From Candidatus Tenderia sp. (GTDB taxonomy: Bacteria > Pseudomonadota > Gammaproteobacteria > Tenderiales > Tenderiaceae): DNA of 64,000 nucleotides. Under the pieces are notes generated by a model. The model worked only from the letters and a program-made list of their open reading frames with translations, made no database searches and was not told the origin of the DNA. Where the stretch lies: NCBI GenBank assembly GCA_031416075.1, contig JANOSY010000024.1, positions 64,001-128,000 on the forward strand, given 5' to 3'. Positions 32,527 to 43,612 of the stretch are shown piece by piece. How positions within the stretch are numbered: position 1 is the stretch's first letter; each line of letters begins with the position of its first letter. The position numbers and the translations under genes are program-made.

Positions 32527-33240
32527 TCAGGCCGCCAACAACATCAGCACAGTCAATGCAAGCGGCCACAACCACTGCGCAAGCGGTGGTGGTGGCTCGA
32601 TATCAATCACCATCGTCTGACAAGATACATGTTCGCTCCGCTGCGCCACATCACTAACCAAAGTCGCTGCCACCGCGGCATAACCACGAAGATCGCCCCG
32701 CTTCACCGTCGCTTTTTTTAACTGTTCGCCAAGATAGCCCTGAATCTGCTCAAGTACTTCCAGAGTCAACGCCACCCTCACCACCAAACGATCACGAGAA
32801 AAACCAATCACCCGCAGCGGTGTTGACAACCAATAAAGGGCAGAGACCAACTGCGCCCTACTTGTCACCCATAGTAACCACTGCACCCCCAACACCATCA
32901 TTACCAATGCCAATAACCGATGCCCACCCATTAACATCCCTTCCATAGTAGGCACCCACCATGAGATGGGCAACCCCTCCCCCCAAAGTGGCCGCCCTGG
33001 CGTCAACCAAGCGTAAATAATAATGATGGATAAAAAGAACCAGCGCATACGACGCAACATTGACACTGCGTTGGCAAGAGAGCCAACACCGACCATAAGA
33101 TAGAGAACCAATAGAAGGATAGCGGCAGCGACAAGCTGAGAGGAGCTGCCTAACGCCAGAAACAGGCTGAACAGAAAAAAAGAGACAATACGAACAACTG
33201 GATGAAAGGACGAAAATCGACCAACGGCCAGATCCATCAA
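32527..33240 (-). CDS. CbiQ/EcfT-like membrane protein
   Basis: HP..R N-terminus, RRMRWFFLS, multiple TMs and R..VR..LT motif; usual position right after fimV. Confidence 0.65.
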   Translation of the reverse strand: MMDLAVGRFSSFHPVVRIVSFFLFSLFLALGSSSQLVAAAILLLVLYLMVGVGSLANAVSMLRRMRWFFLSIIIIYAWLTPGRPLWGEGLPISWWVPTMEGMLMGGHRLLALVMMVLGVQWLLWVTSRAQLVSALYWLSTPLRVIGFSRDRLVVRVALTLEVLEQIQGYLGEQLKKATVKRGDLRGYAAVAATLVSDVAQRSEHVSCQTMVIDIEPPPPLAQWLWPLALTVLMLLAA

Positions 33241-33244
33241 AAAA

Positions 33245-35848
33245 TCAGGATATCTGGCGCATTAACTGCTCAGCTTCCTGGCGATGAGTATCACCGCCCT
33301 CTTTAACCACTTCATCCAGAATAGAGAGGGCACCACTCTGGTCGCCCATATCAATGTAAGCGCGCGCCAGATCCAACTTGGTACCGACGATATCATTGCT
33401 ACCGTCAAACATACCGTCACCCAAACCATCATGCAGGTCAGGCTCATCCTTACCCAAACTCAGATGATCGAGATTTTTAATATCAGCACTGTTTTTTGAG
33501 ACGTTAGTGACTGGCACATAACCATCGTCCATCTCTGCCTTCACATCCCGCGACTGAAACGACGATATCGCCGGAGCAATAGTCCAGTCCTCACCCTTGG
33601 AGCCGGTTTTTGCAGAACCAACAACAGTCAAGGGCTCAATCTTTTGTGGCCGACTCAACTGCTCAAAATCGACCTCTGAGACAACCTCATCCAACACCTC
33701 AATGCCCGCGTCGAGAGAAAACTCATTTTCAGCAGAGAAATCAATATCATCGAGCAAGAAACTGTCTTGCTCCACGCCATCCAAATCCATCAACTCCTCA
33801 CCAACAGCCATCTCGCCACCGTCCGAGGATGAGATGTTCAAACTCTTGGCCAGATCATCATCACTTAAGTCAAACGAAAACTCATCGGCAAAATCAGAAC
33901 CCGCTGATTCACCCGCTACCGCAACAACCGCTCCCGTTGCACCTGTCAGCGCCACACCGGATGCAACTGCACCACCGGATTCAGCAAAGAGAGGGTGGTC
34001 AGAAGCAATCTCCCGCCCCATCTCAACTGCCTGCTCCCAAAGACCCTCATCATCTTGTCCATCAAGAGAGGCATATAACGCCTCGGCTTGCGCCTCAAAG
34101 GCATCTTTATCTTTAGTTGTGAAATAAATCTCCAGCAGCTTCAGCTTCAGCTCACTCCGATCACCATCCTGACGAATGGCCTCTTTTAATAATGCCTCCG
34201 CCTGCTCATAGCGGCGGTAAGCAAGATAAACATCCGCCTCAGCAATTGGGTCAATTTCACTATCCTCTGTCTGCATTGCCCCCATACCAGCACTCACACC
34301 AAAATCTGGGCTGGCAGACTTCTCTATCACTTCACTAAAACTCTGCGGCTTGGCAGCATGCGGTTTAACGATAGTAGGCCCACTATCAGATCCGGCTGCA
34401 TTAGGCATAACCTCACGCCCAATAGGTGGCATGTTAACCACCGTCTCAACCTCTTGAGACGACGACCGGCGACGACGTATCAATGCCACCAACAACAGGA
34501 ACAGCAGAGGACCACCCGCTGCTGCTGCCAGCAGAACGGGGTCAGCCATAACTTGTTCGATAAGCCCAGACTCAGAAGAGTCCACAGGGGCTACTGCAAC
34601 AACTTCGGGCTGGCCATCAGCAGACGCCGCTGGATTTGCAGCAACGTCCACCGCTGCCGACTCAACCGCAGTAGAGGCCACCGTTTGCGGATCAACTGCA
34701 ACAACATTATCCTGGGCCGCTCCGGCCTGTAATGCACCCAAGGTGTCCCCCTTGAGTGTCAACAGACGCTGCACCGCCTGCAGCTGACGCTCAATATCCA
34801 AAAGGCGCGCCTTAAGCTCTGCATTTTCCTGCTTGGTCGCCTCTGCAGTTTCCAGTGCCAGAGCCAGCTGTTCTGTCGCGCGCCCTTTACCTTTGCCTGC
34901 CCCACCTGCTCCACCCTGCTGTTTAGCATCTTCTGGCGACAGTAGCTTCAAACGGGCATTGGTACTGACGGCAGCATCTGGCGCACTTGCCTTAGCCGCT
35001 GGCGCAACTTTGGCAGGCGCGGAAACAGCCCGCTGATTGACAGCAGACAGATCAACATCTGCTGACTGCCATGCCTGATAGTGACGATTGGTCTCAGCCA
35101 CTGCATCAGCGCTGGCGATTGAGCTAATCACATCCTTAGAAGGCAAGCGCAAAATATGCCCTGCTTTCAAATTATTCACATTACCATCAACAAACGCTTC
35201 AGGGTTTTCCTTCAGGAGGGCCATCATCATTTGCGGCACGGAGACCGAACTGCTCGGACGCATCTCCCGCGCCACATGCCATAATGTGTCCGTACGGGTA
35301 GTGGGGCCATAGCTGTCGGTGGTTCGCGGTGTGGATTTAGCTGCCGGTGCCGCCTCAACCACTTTTTTCTGGCCACGATCGATAGCAGCGGACTGGGTCT
35401 TGGCAGCACGCACAGCTGCAACAGCCTGACTATCATCAAAAACGGGGGGATCAAGGAGCAGGGTGTATTCACGCATCAGCTGACCATTGGACCAGCTGGC
35501 CATTAAAATCAGGTCTAGGAAAGGTTCTCGCATCGGTACATCAGACTTTATACTGATGTACGGCGCACCCGCGCCCTGTGTCACCACACTAAAGCGCAGG
35601 TCACGCAGCGCTGCAGTCCGCTCTATCCCCATTCGGCTAAACGCCTCATTTGAGGCAAGTGCGACCTGCAATGCATTCACTTCGGCAACCGTTGTGGATA
35701 ACAACTTAATCTGCGCTTTCAGGGGTTCATTCAAAGCCGAGTGGACTTCGATCTCCCCCATCCCCAAAGCATAAGCTGCGGCTGAAGGCAGCATCATACA
35801 TGCCCCAATCACTACAGCTAGCTGACGTTTTTTAAATCCTTTAAGCAA
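33245..35848 (-). CDS. fimV: FimV/HubP polar landmark protein
   Basis: LGMGEIEVHSALNEPL N-domain, LysM (DTLW), TM, TPR (AEADVYLAY) and C-terminal KLDLARAYIDMGD. Confidence 0.94.
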   Translation of the reverse strand: MLKGFKKRQLAVVIGACMMLPSAAAYALGMGEIEVHSALNEPLKAQIKLLSTTVAEVNALQVALASNEAFSRMGIERTAALRDLRFSVVTQGAGAPYISIKSDVPMREPFLDLILMASWSNGQLMREYTLLLDPPVFDDSQAVAAVRAAKTQSAAIDRGQKKVVEAAPAAKSTPRTTDSYGPTTRTDTLWHVAREMRPSSSVSVPQMMMALLKENPEAFVDGNVNNLKAGHILRLPSKDVISSIASADAVAETNRHYQAWQSADVDLSAVNQRAVSAPAKVAPAAKASAPDAAVSTNARLKLLSPEDAKQQGGAGGAGKGKGRATEQLALALETAEATKQENAELKARLLDIERQLQAVQRLLTLKGDTLGALQAGAAQDNVVAVDPQTVASTAVESAAVDVAANPAASADGQPEVVAVAPVDSSESGLIEQVMADPVLLAAAAGGPLLFLLLVALIRRRRSSSQEVETVVNMPPIGREVMPNAAGSDSGPTIVKPHAAKPQSFSEVIEKSASPDFGVSAGMGAMQTEDSEIDPIAEADVYLAYRRYEQAEALLKEAIRQDGDRSELKLKLLEIYFTTKDKDAFEAQAEALYASLDGQDDEGLWEQAVEMGREIASDHPLFAESGGAVASGVALTGATGAVVAVAGESAGSDFADEFSFDLSDDDLAKSLNISSSDGGEMAVGEELMDLDGVEQDSFLLDDIDFSAENEFSLDAGIEVLDEVVSEVDFEQLSRPQKIEPLTVVGSAKTGSKGEDWTIAPAISSFQSRDVKAEMDDGYVPVTNVSKNSADIKNLDHLSLGKDEPDLHDGLGDGMFDGSNDIVGTKLDLARAYIDMGDQSGALSILDEVVKEGGDTHRQEAEQLMRQIS

Positions 35849-35924
35849 AGTCTAGCCTCGAATTTGATCCCAACAATTAATCTGCCTTGAATATTGGCGA
35901 CACCAACATAATCTTTCAGTAACT

Positions 35925-35951
35925 CTGTCGGCCAAGTCCGGCCGAATCTTA
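35925..35951 (-). promoter_or_regulatory. Sigma28-like promoter upstream of fimV
   Basis: TAAGATTC-N11-GCCGACAG. Confidence 0.5.
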
Positions 35952-35996
35952 ACCATTCGACTAACCTCCCGCAAAAAAATTAAAAATGCCTGCCAA

Positions 35997-37019
35997 CTAT
36001 TGTTGTTGTAAGTACTCTTGTATCAAAATTTCAGCTATCTGAATACTATTCAATGCAGCACCTTTACGAATGTTATCGGCAACGACCCATAAATTCAAAC
36101 CCTTGGGGTTCCCCGCATCTTTACGAATTCTGCCAACCAACACTGAATCTTGGCCGATGCAGTCGAGCGCCGGGGTTGGATATCCCCCCTCCTCCAGCTC
36201 ATCCATGACCTCAACCCCCGGTGCCGCCTGTAACAGTTGAAGCGCTGACTCTGCACTAAGTTCACCCGCCAATTCAAGATGTACAACCATGGCATGACCA
36301 TGAAAAACGGGGACTCTTACAGCGGTTACATTAACATTAAGTTGCTCATCTTCCAGAAGTTTTTGCGTTTCCCAACGCAGCTTCATCTCCTCACGGGTGG
36401 AACCATCGTCGAAAAAACTGCCAATTTGAGGGATTAAGTTAAAAGCAAGCTGTGCTGGAAAAATCTCCCGCTCAACCGGTTTCATGTTAAACATTGCCGT
36501 AGCCTGCCCCGCCAACTCCTCAACCCCCGGGCGGTCCTTGCCGGACGCAGCCTGCATGGTAACAACATTAACCCTTTCTATCCCAACAGCTTTTTGCAAT
36601 GGTTTTAATACTGTCGCCAACATGAGTGCACAGCTACTGGGGTTGGCAACGATCCGTTGCCGTTCATAACCACCCAGCTGTTCACGATTTACTTCGGGGA
36701 CCACCAGCGGCACATCGCCCTCCAGGCGAAATGCCGGGCTGTCATCAATCACCACACAGCCTGCGGCTGTTGCCCTCGGAGCATACTCCTCGGCAATCTC
36801 TTCGCCATCACAAAAAAAGGCGATATCCACCTTGGCAAAGTTGAAGCTGTCCAGCGCCTCTGCCCGAACACCACGGTCCCTGAAGGTGGCGCGCTCACCA
36901 CCACTCCCGGAGGCCGCATAAATTTCCCCTACCGGAAACTCACGCTCTTCCAACAAATTCAATAACATCTCGCCCACCAATGTGGATGGACCAACAACAA
37001 CTACATTATATAAGCTCAA
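35997..37019 (-). CDS. usg: Aspartate-semialdehyde dehydrogenase-like protein (Usg type)
   Basis: VPLVVPEVN, ANPS, AFNLIPQIG and DNIRKGAALN motifs; TTG start after a GGAGG RBS. Confidence 0.85.
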   Translation of the reverse strand: MSLYNVVVVGPSTLVGEMLLNLLEEREFPVGEIYAASGSGGERATFRDRGVRAEALDSFNFAKVDIAFFCDGEEIAEEYAPRATAAGCVVIDDSPAFRLEGDVPLVVPEVNREQLGGYERQRIVANPSSCALMLATVLKPLQKAVGIERVNVVTMQAASGKDRPGVEELAGQATAMFNMKPVEREIFPAQLAFNLIPQIGSFFDDGSTREEMKLRWETQKLLEDEQLNVNVTAVRVPVFHGHAMVVHLELAGELSAESALQLLQAAPGVEVMDELEEGGYPTPALDCIGQDSVLVGRIRKDAGNPKGLNLWVVADNIRKGAALNSIQIAEILIQEYLQQQ

Positions 37020-37023
37020 CCGA

Positions 37024-38136
37024 TCACGCCTCCAGCAAAATACGCAACATGCGGCGCAACGGTTCAGCGGCACCCCACAGTAATTGATCACCGACTGTAA
37101 ACGCCGACAGGTATTGTGGTCCCATGTTGAGCTTACGCATCCGCCCTACGGGAACATTCAGTGTGCCTGTGACGGCAGTGGGGGTAAGTTCACGCATGGT
37201 GAGCTCCCGGTCGTTTGGCACAACCTTCACCCAGTCGTTATGGGCGGCGATAATGGCATGAATCTCATCCAGCGGCACATCTTTGGTCATTTTTATGGTC
37301 AGTGCCTGACTGTGACAGCGCATGGCACCCACACGCACACAAAGGCCATCAATAGGGATCTGTCCATCACGACGACCCAGAATTTTATTGCACTCGACCT
37401 GGGCCTTCCACTCCTCTTTGCTCTGCCCCGATTCAAGTTGTACATCGATCCAGGGGATGAGTGAACCCGCCAGCGGCACCGGCCACGTCTCTAGCGGGTA
37501 GTCACTGGAGCGGATGAACTGCGCCGTCGCTCTATCTATCTCCAAAATCGCCGAGGCGGGATCATCCACCAACGATTTAACGTTGGCGTGAACGGCCCCC
37601 ATCTGCTGGATAAGTTCACGCATATTACGCGCGCCTGCACCTGAGGCGGCCTGATAGGTCATCGGGCTGATCCATTCAATCAGCCCCTGCTCAAAGAGAC
37701 CGCCAATCGCCATCAACATCAAACTGACGGTGCAGTTACCACCTACATACGTCTTTACACCGTTGCTGATGCCGTCCTGAATGACGCCTTTATTAACAGG
37801 GTCGAGGATGATGATGGCGTCATCTTTCATGCGCAGGGTGGATGCGGCATCAATCCAGTAACCAGTCCAGCCCGCTGCCCGCAGCGGACCATAGACTGCC
37901 TTGGTATAGTCGCCGCCCTGACAGGAGATGATGGCATCCATCCTCTTCAACTCATCAAGGCTGTTGGCATCTTTAAGCACTGAAACAGCTTTGCCAACAT
38001 TCGGGCCGGGCTGGCCGGGCTGCGAGGTGGTGAAAAACACCGGCTCAATATGGGCAAAGTCGTTCTCTTCCCGCATACGCTGCATCAGCACCGAACCGAC
38101 CATGCCCCGCCACCCGACCAAACCTACTCTTTTCAT
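37024..38136 (-). CDS. asd: Aspartate-semialdehyde dehydrogenase
   Basis: [15 protein letters not shown] and [11 protein letters not shown] motifs. Confidence 0.97.
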   Translation of the reverse strand: MKRVGLVGWRGMVGSVLMQRMREENDFAHIEPVFFTTSQPGQPGPNVGKAVSVLKDANSLDELKRMDAIISCQGGDYTKAVYGPLRAAGWTGYWIDAASTLRMKDDAIIILDPVNKGVIQDGISNGVKTYVGGNCTVSLMLMAIGGLFEQGLIEWISPMTYQAASGAGARNMRELIQQMGAVHANVKSLVDDPASAILEIDRATAQFIRSSDYPLETWPVPLAGSLIPWIDVQLESGQSKEEWKAQVECNKILGRRDGQIPIDGLCVRVGAMRCHSQALTIKMTKDVPLDEIHAIIAAHNDWVKVVPNDRELTMRELTPTAVTGTLNVPVGRMRKLNMGPQYLSAFTVGDQLLWGAAEPLRRMLRILLEA

Positions 38137-38164
38137 CGCATTCATTCCTATATGAAAGTACGGC

Positions 38165-39238
38165 TTACTGCAACGCAGCCACTACCGCATCACCCATTTC
38201 AGCACAACCCACACGACGCATTCCCTGGCTCAAAATGTCGCTGGTACGATACCCCTGCTGCAACACTTTGCGCACGGCATCATCAACACGTTGCGCGGCA
38301 GCTTCGTTACCAAAAGTGTAGCGCAACATCATGGAGACCGAGAGAATAGTTGCCAGCGGATTGGCGATATTTTTACCGGCGATGTCGGGGGCAGAACCGT
38401 GGATCGGCTCATACATGCCTTTATTGTTCTGGTCCAGCGACGCGGAGGGTAACATGCCGATGGAGCCTGTCAACATCGACGCCGCATCAGAGAGGATATC
38501 GCCAAAGATATTACCGGTCACCACAACGTCGAACTGTTTAGGTGCCCGCACCAACTGCATGGCGGCATTATCCACATACATGTGACTCAATGCTACCTCT
38601 GGGTACTCTTTGCTCACCTCAATGACCACCTCTTTCCACAACTCGCTGCACTCCAAGACATTGGCCTTTTCCACGGAACAGAGTTTTTTGTCACGTTTCA
38701 TAGCGATCTGGAAGGCAACGTGGGCAACACGGCGTACCTCAGACTCGGAGTAAAGCATGGTATTAAAACCTACACGCTCGCCATTCCGCACCTCAATGCC
38801 GCGGGGCTGACCAAAGTAGACGTCACCGGTCAGTTCACGCACGATCATGATATCCAACCCCGCCACCACCTCCGGCTTCAGGGTTGAGGCCTCTGCCAGC
38901 TCCGGGTAAAGCATCGCCGGACGCAGATTAGCAAACAGATTCAGCTCCTTGCGAATACGCAGCAGACCGCGCTCGGGGCGCAATGGCCGATCCAGCTTGT
39001 CATACTGCGGGCCACCCACGGCACCGAGCAGAATGGCATCAGCGGCCTTGGCCAGTTTGAGCGTGGAGTCTGGCAGTGGATCACCTTCTGCATCGTAACC
39101 GGCACCGCCAATGTTGGCGTACTCCAATTCAAAACTCAGACCGTCGCTATTCTGCAGTGCCTGCAATACCTTTACGGCTTCGCACACAATCTCAGGGCCA
39201 ATACCATCACCGGGAAGCACAGCAATTTTTTTAGTCAT
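38165..39238 (-). CDS. leuB: 3-isopropylmalate dehydrogenase
   Basis: [18 protein letters not shown] and [12 protein letters not shown] motifs. Confidence 0.97.
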   Translation of the reverse strand: MTKKIAVLPGDGIGPEIVCEAVKVLQALQNSDGLSFELEYANIGGAGYDAEGDPLPDSTLKLAKAADAILLGAVGGPQYDKLDRPLRPERGLLRIRKELNLFANLRPAMLYPELAEASTLKPEVVAGLDIMIVRELTGDVYFGQPRGIEVRNGERVGFNTMLYSESEVRRVAHVAFQIAMKRDKKLCSVEKANVLECSELWKEVVIEVSKEYPEVALSHMYVDNAAMQLVRAPKQFDVVVTGNIFGDILSDAASMLTGSIGMLPSASLDQNNKGMYEPIHGSAPDIAGKNIANPLATILSVSMMLRYTFGNEAAAQRVDDAVRKVLQQGYRTSDILSQGMRRVGCAEMGDAVVAALQ

Positions 39239-39338
39239 GAACCTAACTCTCAAATTCAATGTTGAATGGGTCGCCGTTGGTGGCGGTTTGGTGGGTGATG
39301 GCAAGCGCCCCACCCACACTGCATCTATTCCTGGCCGA

Positions 39339-39977
39339 TCAATTAAACAGCCAGGGAGTACTCACCCGACGTTTGGACTCATAGGCTTTAATGTCGTCCA
39401 CATATTGCATCGTCAGGCCAATATCATCCAGACCGTTCAGCAGGCAATGTTTACGAAAGCCATCAACATCAAAGGCAAAGGCTTCACCTGTTGCTGTCAC
39501 CACCTGCTGTTTTGACAGGTCAACCGTAAGACGGTACCCCTCAGTTTCAGCACATGCATTAAAGAGCGCATCAACCACCGCCGCATCCAGCACGATGGGC
39601 AACAGGCCGTTTTTAAAGCAGTTATTATAGAAGATATCCGCAAAGCTTGGCGCAATGATTGCCCGAAAACCGTAATCTTCCAGCGCCCACGGCGCATGTT
39701 CGCGGGATGAGCCACAACCAAAATTTTCCCGTCCCAACAGAACCTGCGCCCCCTGATAACGGGGCTGATTGAGCACAAATTCGGTATTCAGCGGACGTGT
39801 GCTGTTATCCATGCCCGGCTCGCCATGGTCAAGATAGCGCCACTCGTCAAAAAGGTTTGGACCAAAGCCGGAGCGTTTAATCGACTTCAAAAACTGTTTT
39901 GGAATGATGGCGTCAGTATCGACGTTTGGACGGTCAATCGGTGCGACTAACCCATTCAATGTGACAAACTTTTCCAT
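39339..39977 (-). CDS. leuD: 3-isopropylmalate dehydratase small subunit
   Basis: [13 protein letters not shown] and [11 protein letters not shown] motifs. Confidence 0.97.
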   Translation of the reverse strand: MEKFVTLNGLVAPIDRPNVDTDAIIPKQFLKSIKRSGFGPNLFDEWRYLDHGEPGMDNSTRPLNTEFVLNQPRYQGAQVLLGRENFGCGSSREHAPWALEDYGFRAIIAPSFADIFYNNCFKNGLLPIVLDAAVVDALFNACAETEGYRLTVDLSKQQVVTATGEAFAFDVDGFRKHCLLNGLDDIGLTMQYVDDIKAYESKRRVSTPWLFN

Positions 39978-39989
39978 AATCGTTCCCCC

Positions 39990-41405
39990 TTAACCCAGTG
40001 TACGTATATCAACAAAGTGACCCATCACGGCCGCGGCGGCGGCCATGGCCGGGCTTACCAGATGGGTACGCCCCCCCTGCCCCTGACGCCCTTCAAAGTT
40101 ACGATTAGAGGTGGAGGCACAGCGCTCACCCGGCTCCAGACGGTCAGCGTTCATCGCCAGACACATGGAGCAACCCGGTTCACGCCACTCAAAACCGGCA
40201 GCGATAAAGATCTTGTCCAGTCCTTCGTCCTCCGCCTGTTTTTTCACCAACCCCGAACCAGGCACTACCAACGCCAGTTTGACAGTGGCCGCTACTTTAC
40301 GCCCTTGGGCAACGGCAGCGGCGGCACGCATATCTTCAATGCGCGAGTTGGTGCAAGAACCGATGAAGACCTTATCGATGGCAATCTCTTCAATAGGGGT
40401 ATTGGCCTTTAAACCCATGTAGACAAGCGCCTTTTCCATACCTGTCCGTTTGACCAGATCAGTTTCAGCGGCGGGGTCAGGAACGTTACCACCGACCGCC
40501 ACCACCATCTCGGGGGAGGTGCCCCACGTCACCTGTGGTTCAATCTCGGCACCGTTCAACTCCACCACGGCATCAAACCGGGCATCGGCATCAGAGTGCA
40601 GATCACGCCAGGCGGCAACCGCTGCATCCCACTGCCCCGCCGTAGGTGCATAGGGACGCCCCTTTACATAGTCAACCGTCTTATTATCAACCGCCACCAC
40701 GCCGGAGCGGGCACCCGCTTCAATGGCCATGTTACAGACGGTCATGCGCCCTTCTATAGAGAGCGCCATAATCGCCTCGCCACCAAACTCAATGGCGTAG
40801 CCGGTACCCCCGGCGGTGCCGATTTTGCCGATGATCGCCAGCACAATATCTTTGGCCGTCACCCCCGGCCCCACCTTGCCGTTGACTTTGATGAGCATAT
40901 TTTTTGATTTTTTCTGGATCAAACATTGGGTCGCCATAACATGCTCAACCTCCGAAGTGCCAATCCCATGGGCCAACGCACCCAGAGCACCATGGGTGGA
41001 GGTGTGGGAGTCACCACACACCACCGTCATACCGGGCAGGGTTGCCCCTTGCTCTGGCCCCACCACATGCACAATCCCCTGACGGATATCATTCATCTTG
41101 AATTCGGTAATGCCAAAAAAATCACAGTTTGCATCCAGTGTCTCTACCTGGATTTTGGAGACTGGATCCACGATACCCGCCACCCCGGCGGACTGCCCCG
41201 TGGTCGGTACGTTATGGTCGGGGGTCGCCAGATTGGCATCAACACGCCAGGGTTTACGCCCTGCCAGACGCAACCCCTCAAAGGCCTGGGGAGATGTCAC
41301 CTCATGTACCAGCTGCCGGTCTATGTAGATCAAACAGCTGCCATCATCGTTCTGGCGGACTAAATGGGCATCCCACAATTTGTCGTATAACGTTTTGGCA
41401 CTCAT
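39990..41405 (-). CDS. leuC: 3-isopropylmalate dehydratase large subunit
   Basis: [22 protein letters not shown] and PGCSMC motifs. Confidence 0.97.
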   Translation of the reverse strand: MSAKTLYDKLWDAHLVRQNDDGSCLIYIDRQLVHEVTSPQAFEGLRLAGRKPWRVDANLATPDHNVPTTGQSAGVAGIVDPVSKIQVETLDANCDFFGITEFKMNDIRQGIVHVVGPEQGATLPGMTVVCGDSHTSTHGALGALAHGIGTSEVEHVMATQCLIQKKSKNMLIKVNGKVGPGVTAKDIVLAIIGKIGTAGGTGYAIEFGGEAIMALSIEGRMTVCNMAIEAGARSGVVAVDNKTVDYVKGRPYAPTAGQWDAAVAAWRDLHSDADARFDAVVELNGAEIEPQVTWGTSPEMVVAVGGNVPDPAAETDLVKRTGMEKALVYMGLKANTPIEEIAIDKVFIGSCTNSRIEDMRAAAAVAQGRKVAATVKLALVVPGSGLVKKQAEDEGLDKIFIAAGFEWREPGCSMCLAMNADRLEPGERCASTSNRNFEGRQGQGGRTHLVSPAMAAAAAVMGHFVDIRTLG

Positions 41406-41505
41406 GGACTTCTCCTTCGACTCTATAATATTGAGGTCTCTAACCGTGGCAACCATCATAATGCCACGCCTCGAATAACTCAAATTCATAAAATTTATTC
41501 AAGCA

Positions 41506-41520
41506 ATTCCATATTGGAAT
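41506..41520. promoter_or_regulatory. LysR-type (T-N11-A) operator
   Basis: Palindrome ATTCCATATTGGAAT between the divergent leuC and lysR genes. Confidence 0.7.
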
Positions 41521-41523
41521 ACA

Positions 41524-42399
41524 ATGACACACATGAATATTGATGATCTGCACGCCTTTCTTTATGTTGCCCAGCACCGCTCATTCTCTCTGGCGGCTGT
41601 GCAGCTACATTTGACCCAGCCTGCGGTGAGTAAACGGGTGGCGGCGCTTGAAAGCCACCTCAACGCCCAGCTGTTTGACCGTATCGGCCGCCAGATCAGC
41701 CTGACGGAGGCCGGGCGCGCCCTTGAGCAGCACGCCCGGCGTATCCTTGCCGAGGTAGAAGATAGCCGTCGTGCCATCAACAATCTCAGTGGCACGGTGA
41801 GTGGGCCGCTCAAACTTGCCACCAGCCACCACATCAGCCTGCACCGCCTGCCACCGGTTTTGCGCCGTTATCTGCCGCTCTACCCTGAGGTACAGCTCGA
41901 TTTTAGTTTTATGGATTCTGAGCTGGCCTGTCGTGCCGTGGCGCTGGGCGAGCTGGAGCTGGCGCTGGTGACACTACCACCGGCCAATAGCACATTGTTA
42001 ACTGTAATTGAAGTTTGGCTGGACCATCTGGTGCTTGCCGTGCCCACCGACCATCCATTACGGAGTGAAATCACAATCACCCCCGCTGTATTGGCCCGTT
42101 ACTCCGCCATTTTACCGGGACGTGGCACCTATACCCGTCAACTCATCGACACACAGCTGGCGGTCACACAACTTGAGGCGAAATTTGAGACGCACTACCT
42201 TGAGACGATCAAGATGATGGTGAGCGTGGGCCTGGGGTGGAGCCTGTTACCGGAAAAAATGCTAGAGCAGACACTACTACTGCCCCAGTCCAACCCGATT
42301 ATTGTGCAGCGCAGGCTGGGGATTGTGCATCACCCGCGCCGCACACTCTCCAATGCGGCCCAGGCGTTTATTGCACTGACTATGGAGGAAGCGGAATAA
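41524..42399 (+). CDS. LysR-family transcriptional regulator (probable regulator of leuCD)
   Basis: SFSLAA..LHLTQPAVSKRV HTH and LysR substrate domain; divergent from leuC. Confidence 0.93.
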   Translation: MTHMNIDDLHAFLYVAQHRSFSLAAVQLHLTQPAVSKRVAALESHLNAQLFDRIGRQISLTEAGRALEQHARRILAEVEDSRRAINNLSGTVSGPLKLATSHHISLHRLPPVLRRYLPLYPEVQLDFSFMDSELACRAVALGELELALVTLPPANSTLLTVIEVWLDHLVLAVPTDHPLRSEITITPAVLARYSAILPGRGTYTRQLIDTQLAVTQLEAKFETHYLETIKMMVSVGLGWSLLPEKMLEQTLLLPQSNPIIVQRRLGIVHHPRRTLSNAAQAFIALTMEEAE

Positions 42400-42403
42400 C
42401 CAC

Positions 42404-43612
42404 TCAAGCTTTAGGGGGTTTGTCGGCTGTTTTGACAGGGGGCGTGGTGATGCTGGCAAGCTCCTCTTCACTGAACGCGTCTGCCAACGACGGCATGTCC
42501 ATATCATCCAATCCTTCAAGCTGCGCCAGCAGCTCATCCTCCTCGCTCCCAACACTCTCATTCAGCAGTGGCAGATCCTGCTCAGACAATTCATCGCCCA
42601 TCACCTCGTCTGTCCAGACCCCCTCCTCCTGTTCAGTCGAGTCGAGTGCTGTCATCAGCTCATTTAACTGTGGCAATACAATATCCCCTTCATCGGACAG
42701 GTCGATTACCGGCCCCTTTTCAGTGGCATCGGCATCGGGCAACTCATCAAACGCGGCTCCCCAATCATCACTCAGCACCGTGCTTGGCTGATCCGGATCG
42801 GCCGCTGGCAATACCTGCTCATCAAGACTATCAATATCCATCTCGCCAATCTCATCGAACGATGAAGATTGCCCCTCTCCCCCAGACTCAGACATGAGCT
42901 CTGCAGACAAGGTATCCAACTCATCATCTGGTGACTCGTCGACACCAGCAACCACTGCGGCTGGTTTGGCCTGAGCCTCGTCTAAATCTGGCTGAGCGGC
43001 AACAGCGGCCACCACCGCGCTGGCCGACCCGGTCATGCCGCTGCCGGGACGGAAGGCCACGCTATACTCACGCATCGCCTGGTCCATCTCATTGTTAGCG
43101 GTCAATACCTCACTATTAAGACGCTGATTCTCCTGCTCCAGTGTCTGTACCGCCGCTGTCAACTGCTCCAACTGCGCCGCTATTTCGCCAGGAACACTAT
43201 CGCGCTCCTGGTCAATCCGGGTCCGGATCAGCGCAATTAAATCGTGGTATATACCGTTATATCCTTCAACATTTCTATCAAAACCGCGCAACGCCACCGC
43301 ATCACGCTTCAGGTACATGTTAAGCAGGCTGGTATAGAGCAACCCCTCCCGCTCTACCCAGTTGCTGGCCAGTTCACGGTTGATCTCTGGATCACTGCTT
43401 TCAATGCACTCAGCCAATACCTGCTGGAACCACTCCTGACGCTCTGGAGCGTTGTTTTTAACCCGTACGCGCAGCTCATCGGCAGCGAATACCGAGTCAC
43501 GCTCACGTTTTCTGCTCTTCCAGATAAAGACAATGAGTCCCACTGTCACCACCAACAGGGCGAGAATTATCTCGCCCAATATAAGTAGAATTGTCGGATC
43601 GATTTTAATCAT
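42404..43612 (-). CDS. Hypothetical protein: N-terminal TM, coiled coil, long acidic disordered tail
   Basis: Long ORF overlapping the stop of the upstream vWA gene; composition read from the translation. Confidence 0.75.
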   Translation of the reverse strand: MIKIDPTILLILGEIILALLVVTVGLIVFIWKSRKRERDSVFAADELRVRVKNNAPERQEWFQQVLAECIESSDPEINRELASNWVEREGLLYTSLLNMYLKRDAVALRGFDRNVEGYNGIYHDLIALIRTRIDQERDSVPGEIAAQLEQLTAAVQTLEQENQRLNSEVLTANNEMDQAMREYSVAFRPGSGMTGSASAVVAAVAAQPDLDEAQAKPAAVVAGVDESPDDELDTLSAELMSESGGEGQSSSFDEIGEMDIDSLDEQVLPAADPDQPSTVLSDDWGAAFDELPDADATEKGPVIDLSDEGDIVLPQLNELMTALDSTEQEEGVWTDEVMGDELSEQDLPLLNESVGSEEDELLAQLEGLDDMDMPSLADAFSEEELASITTPPVKTADKPPKA

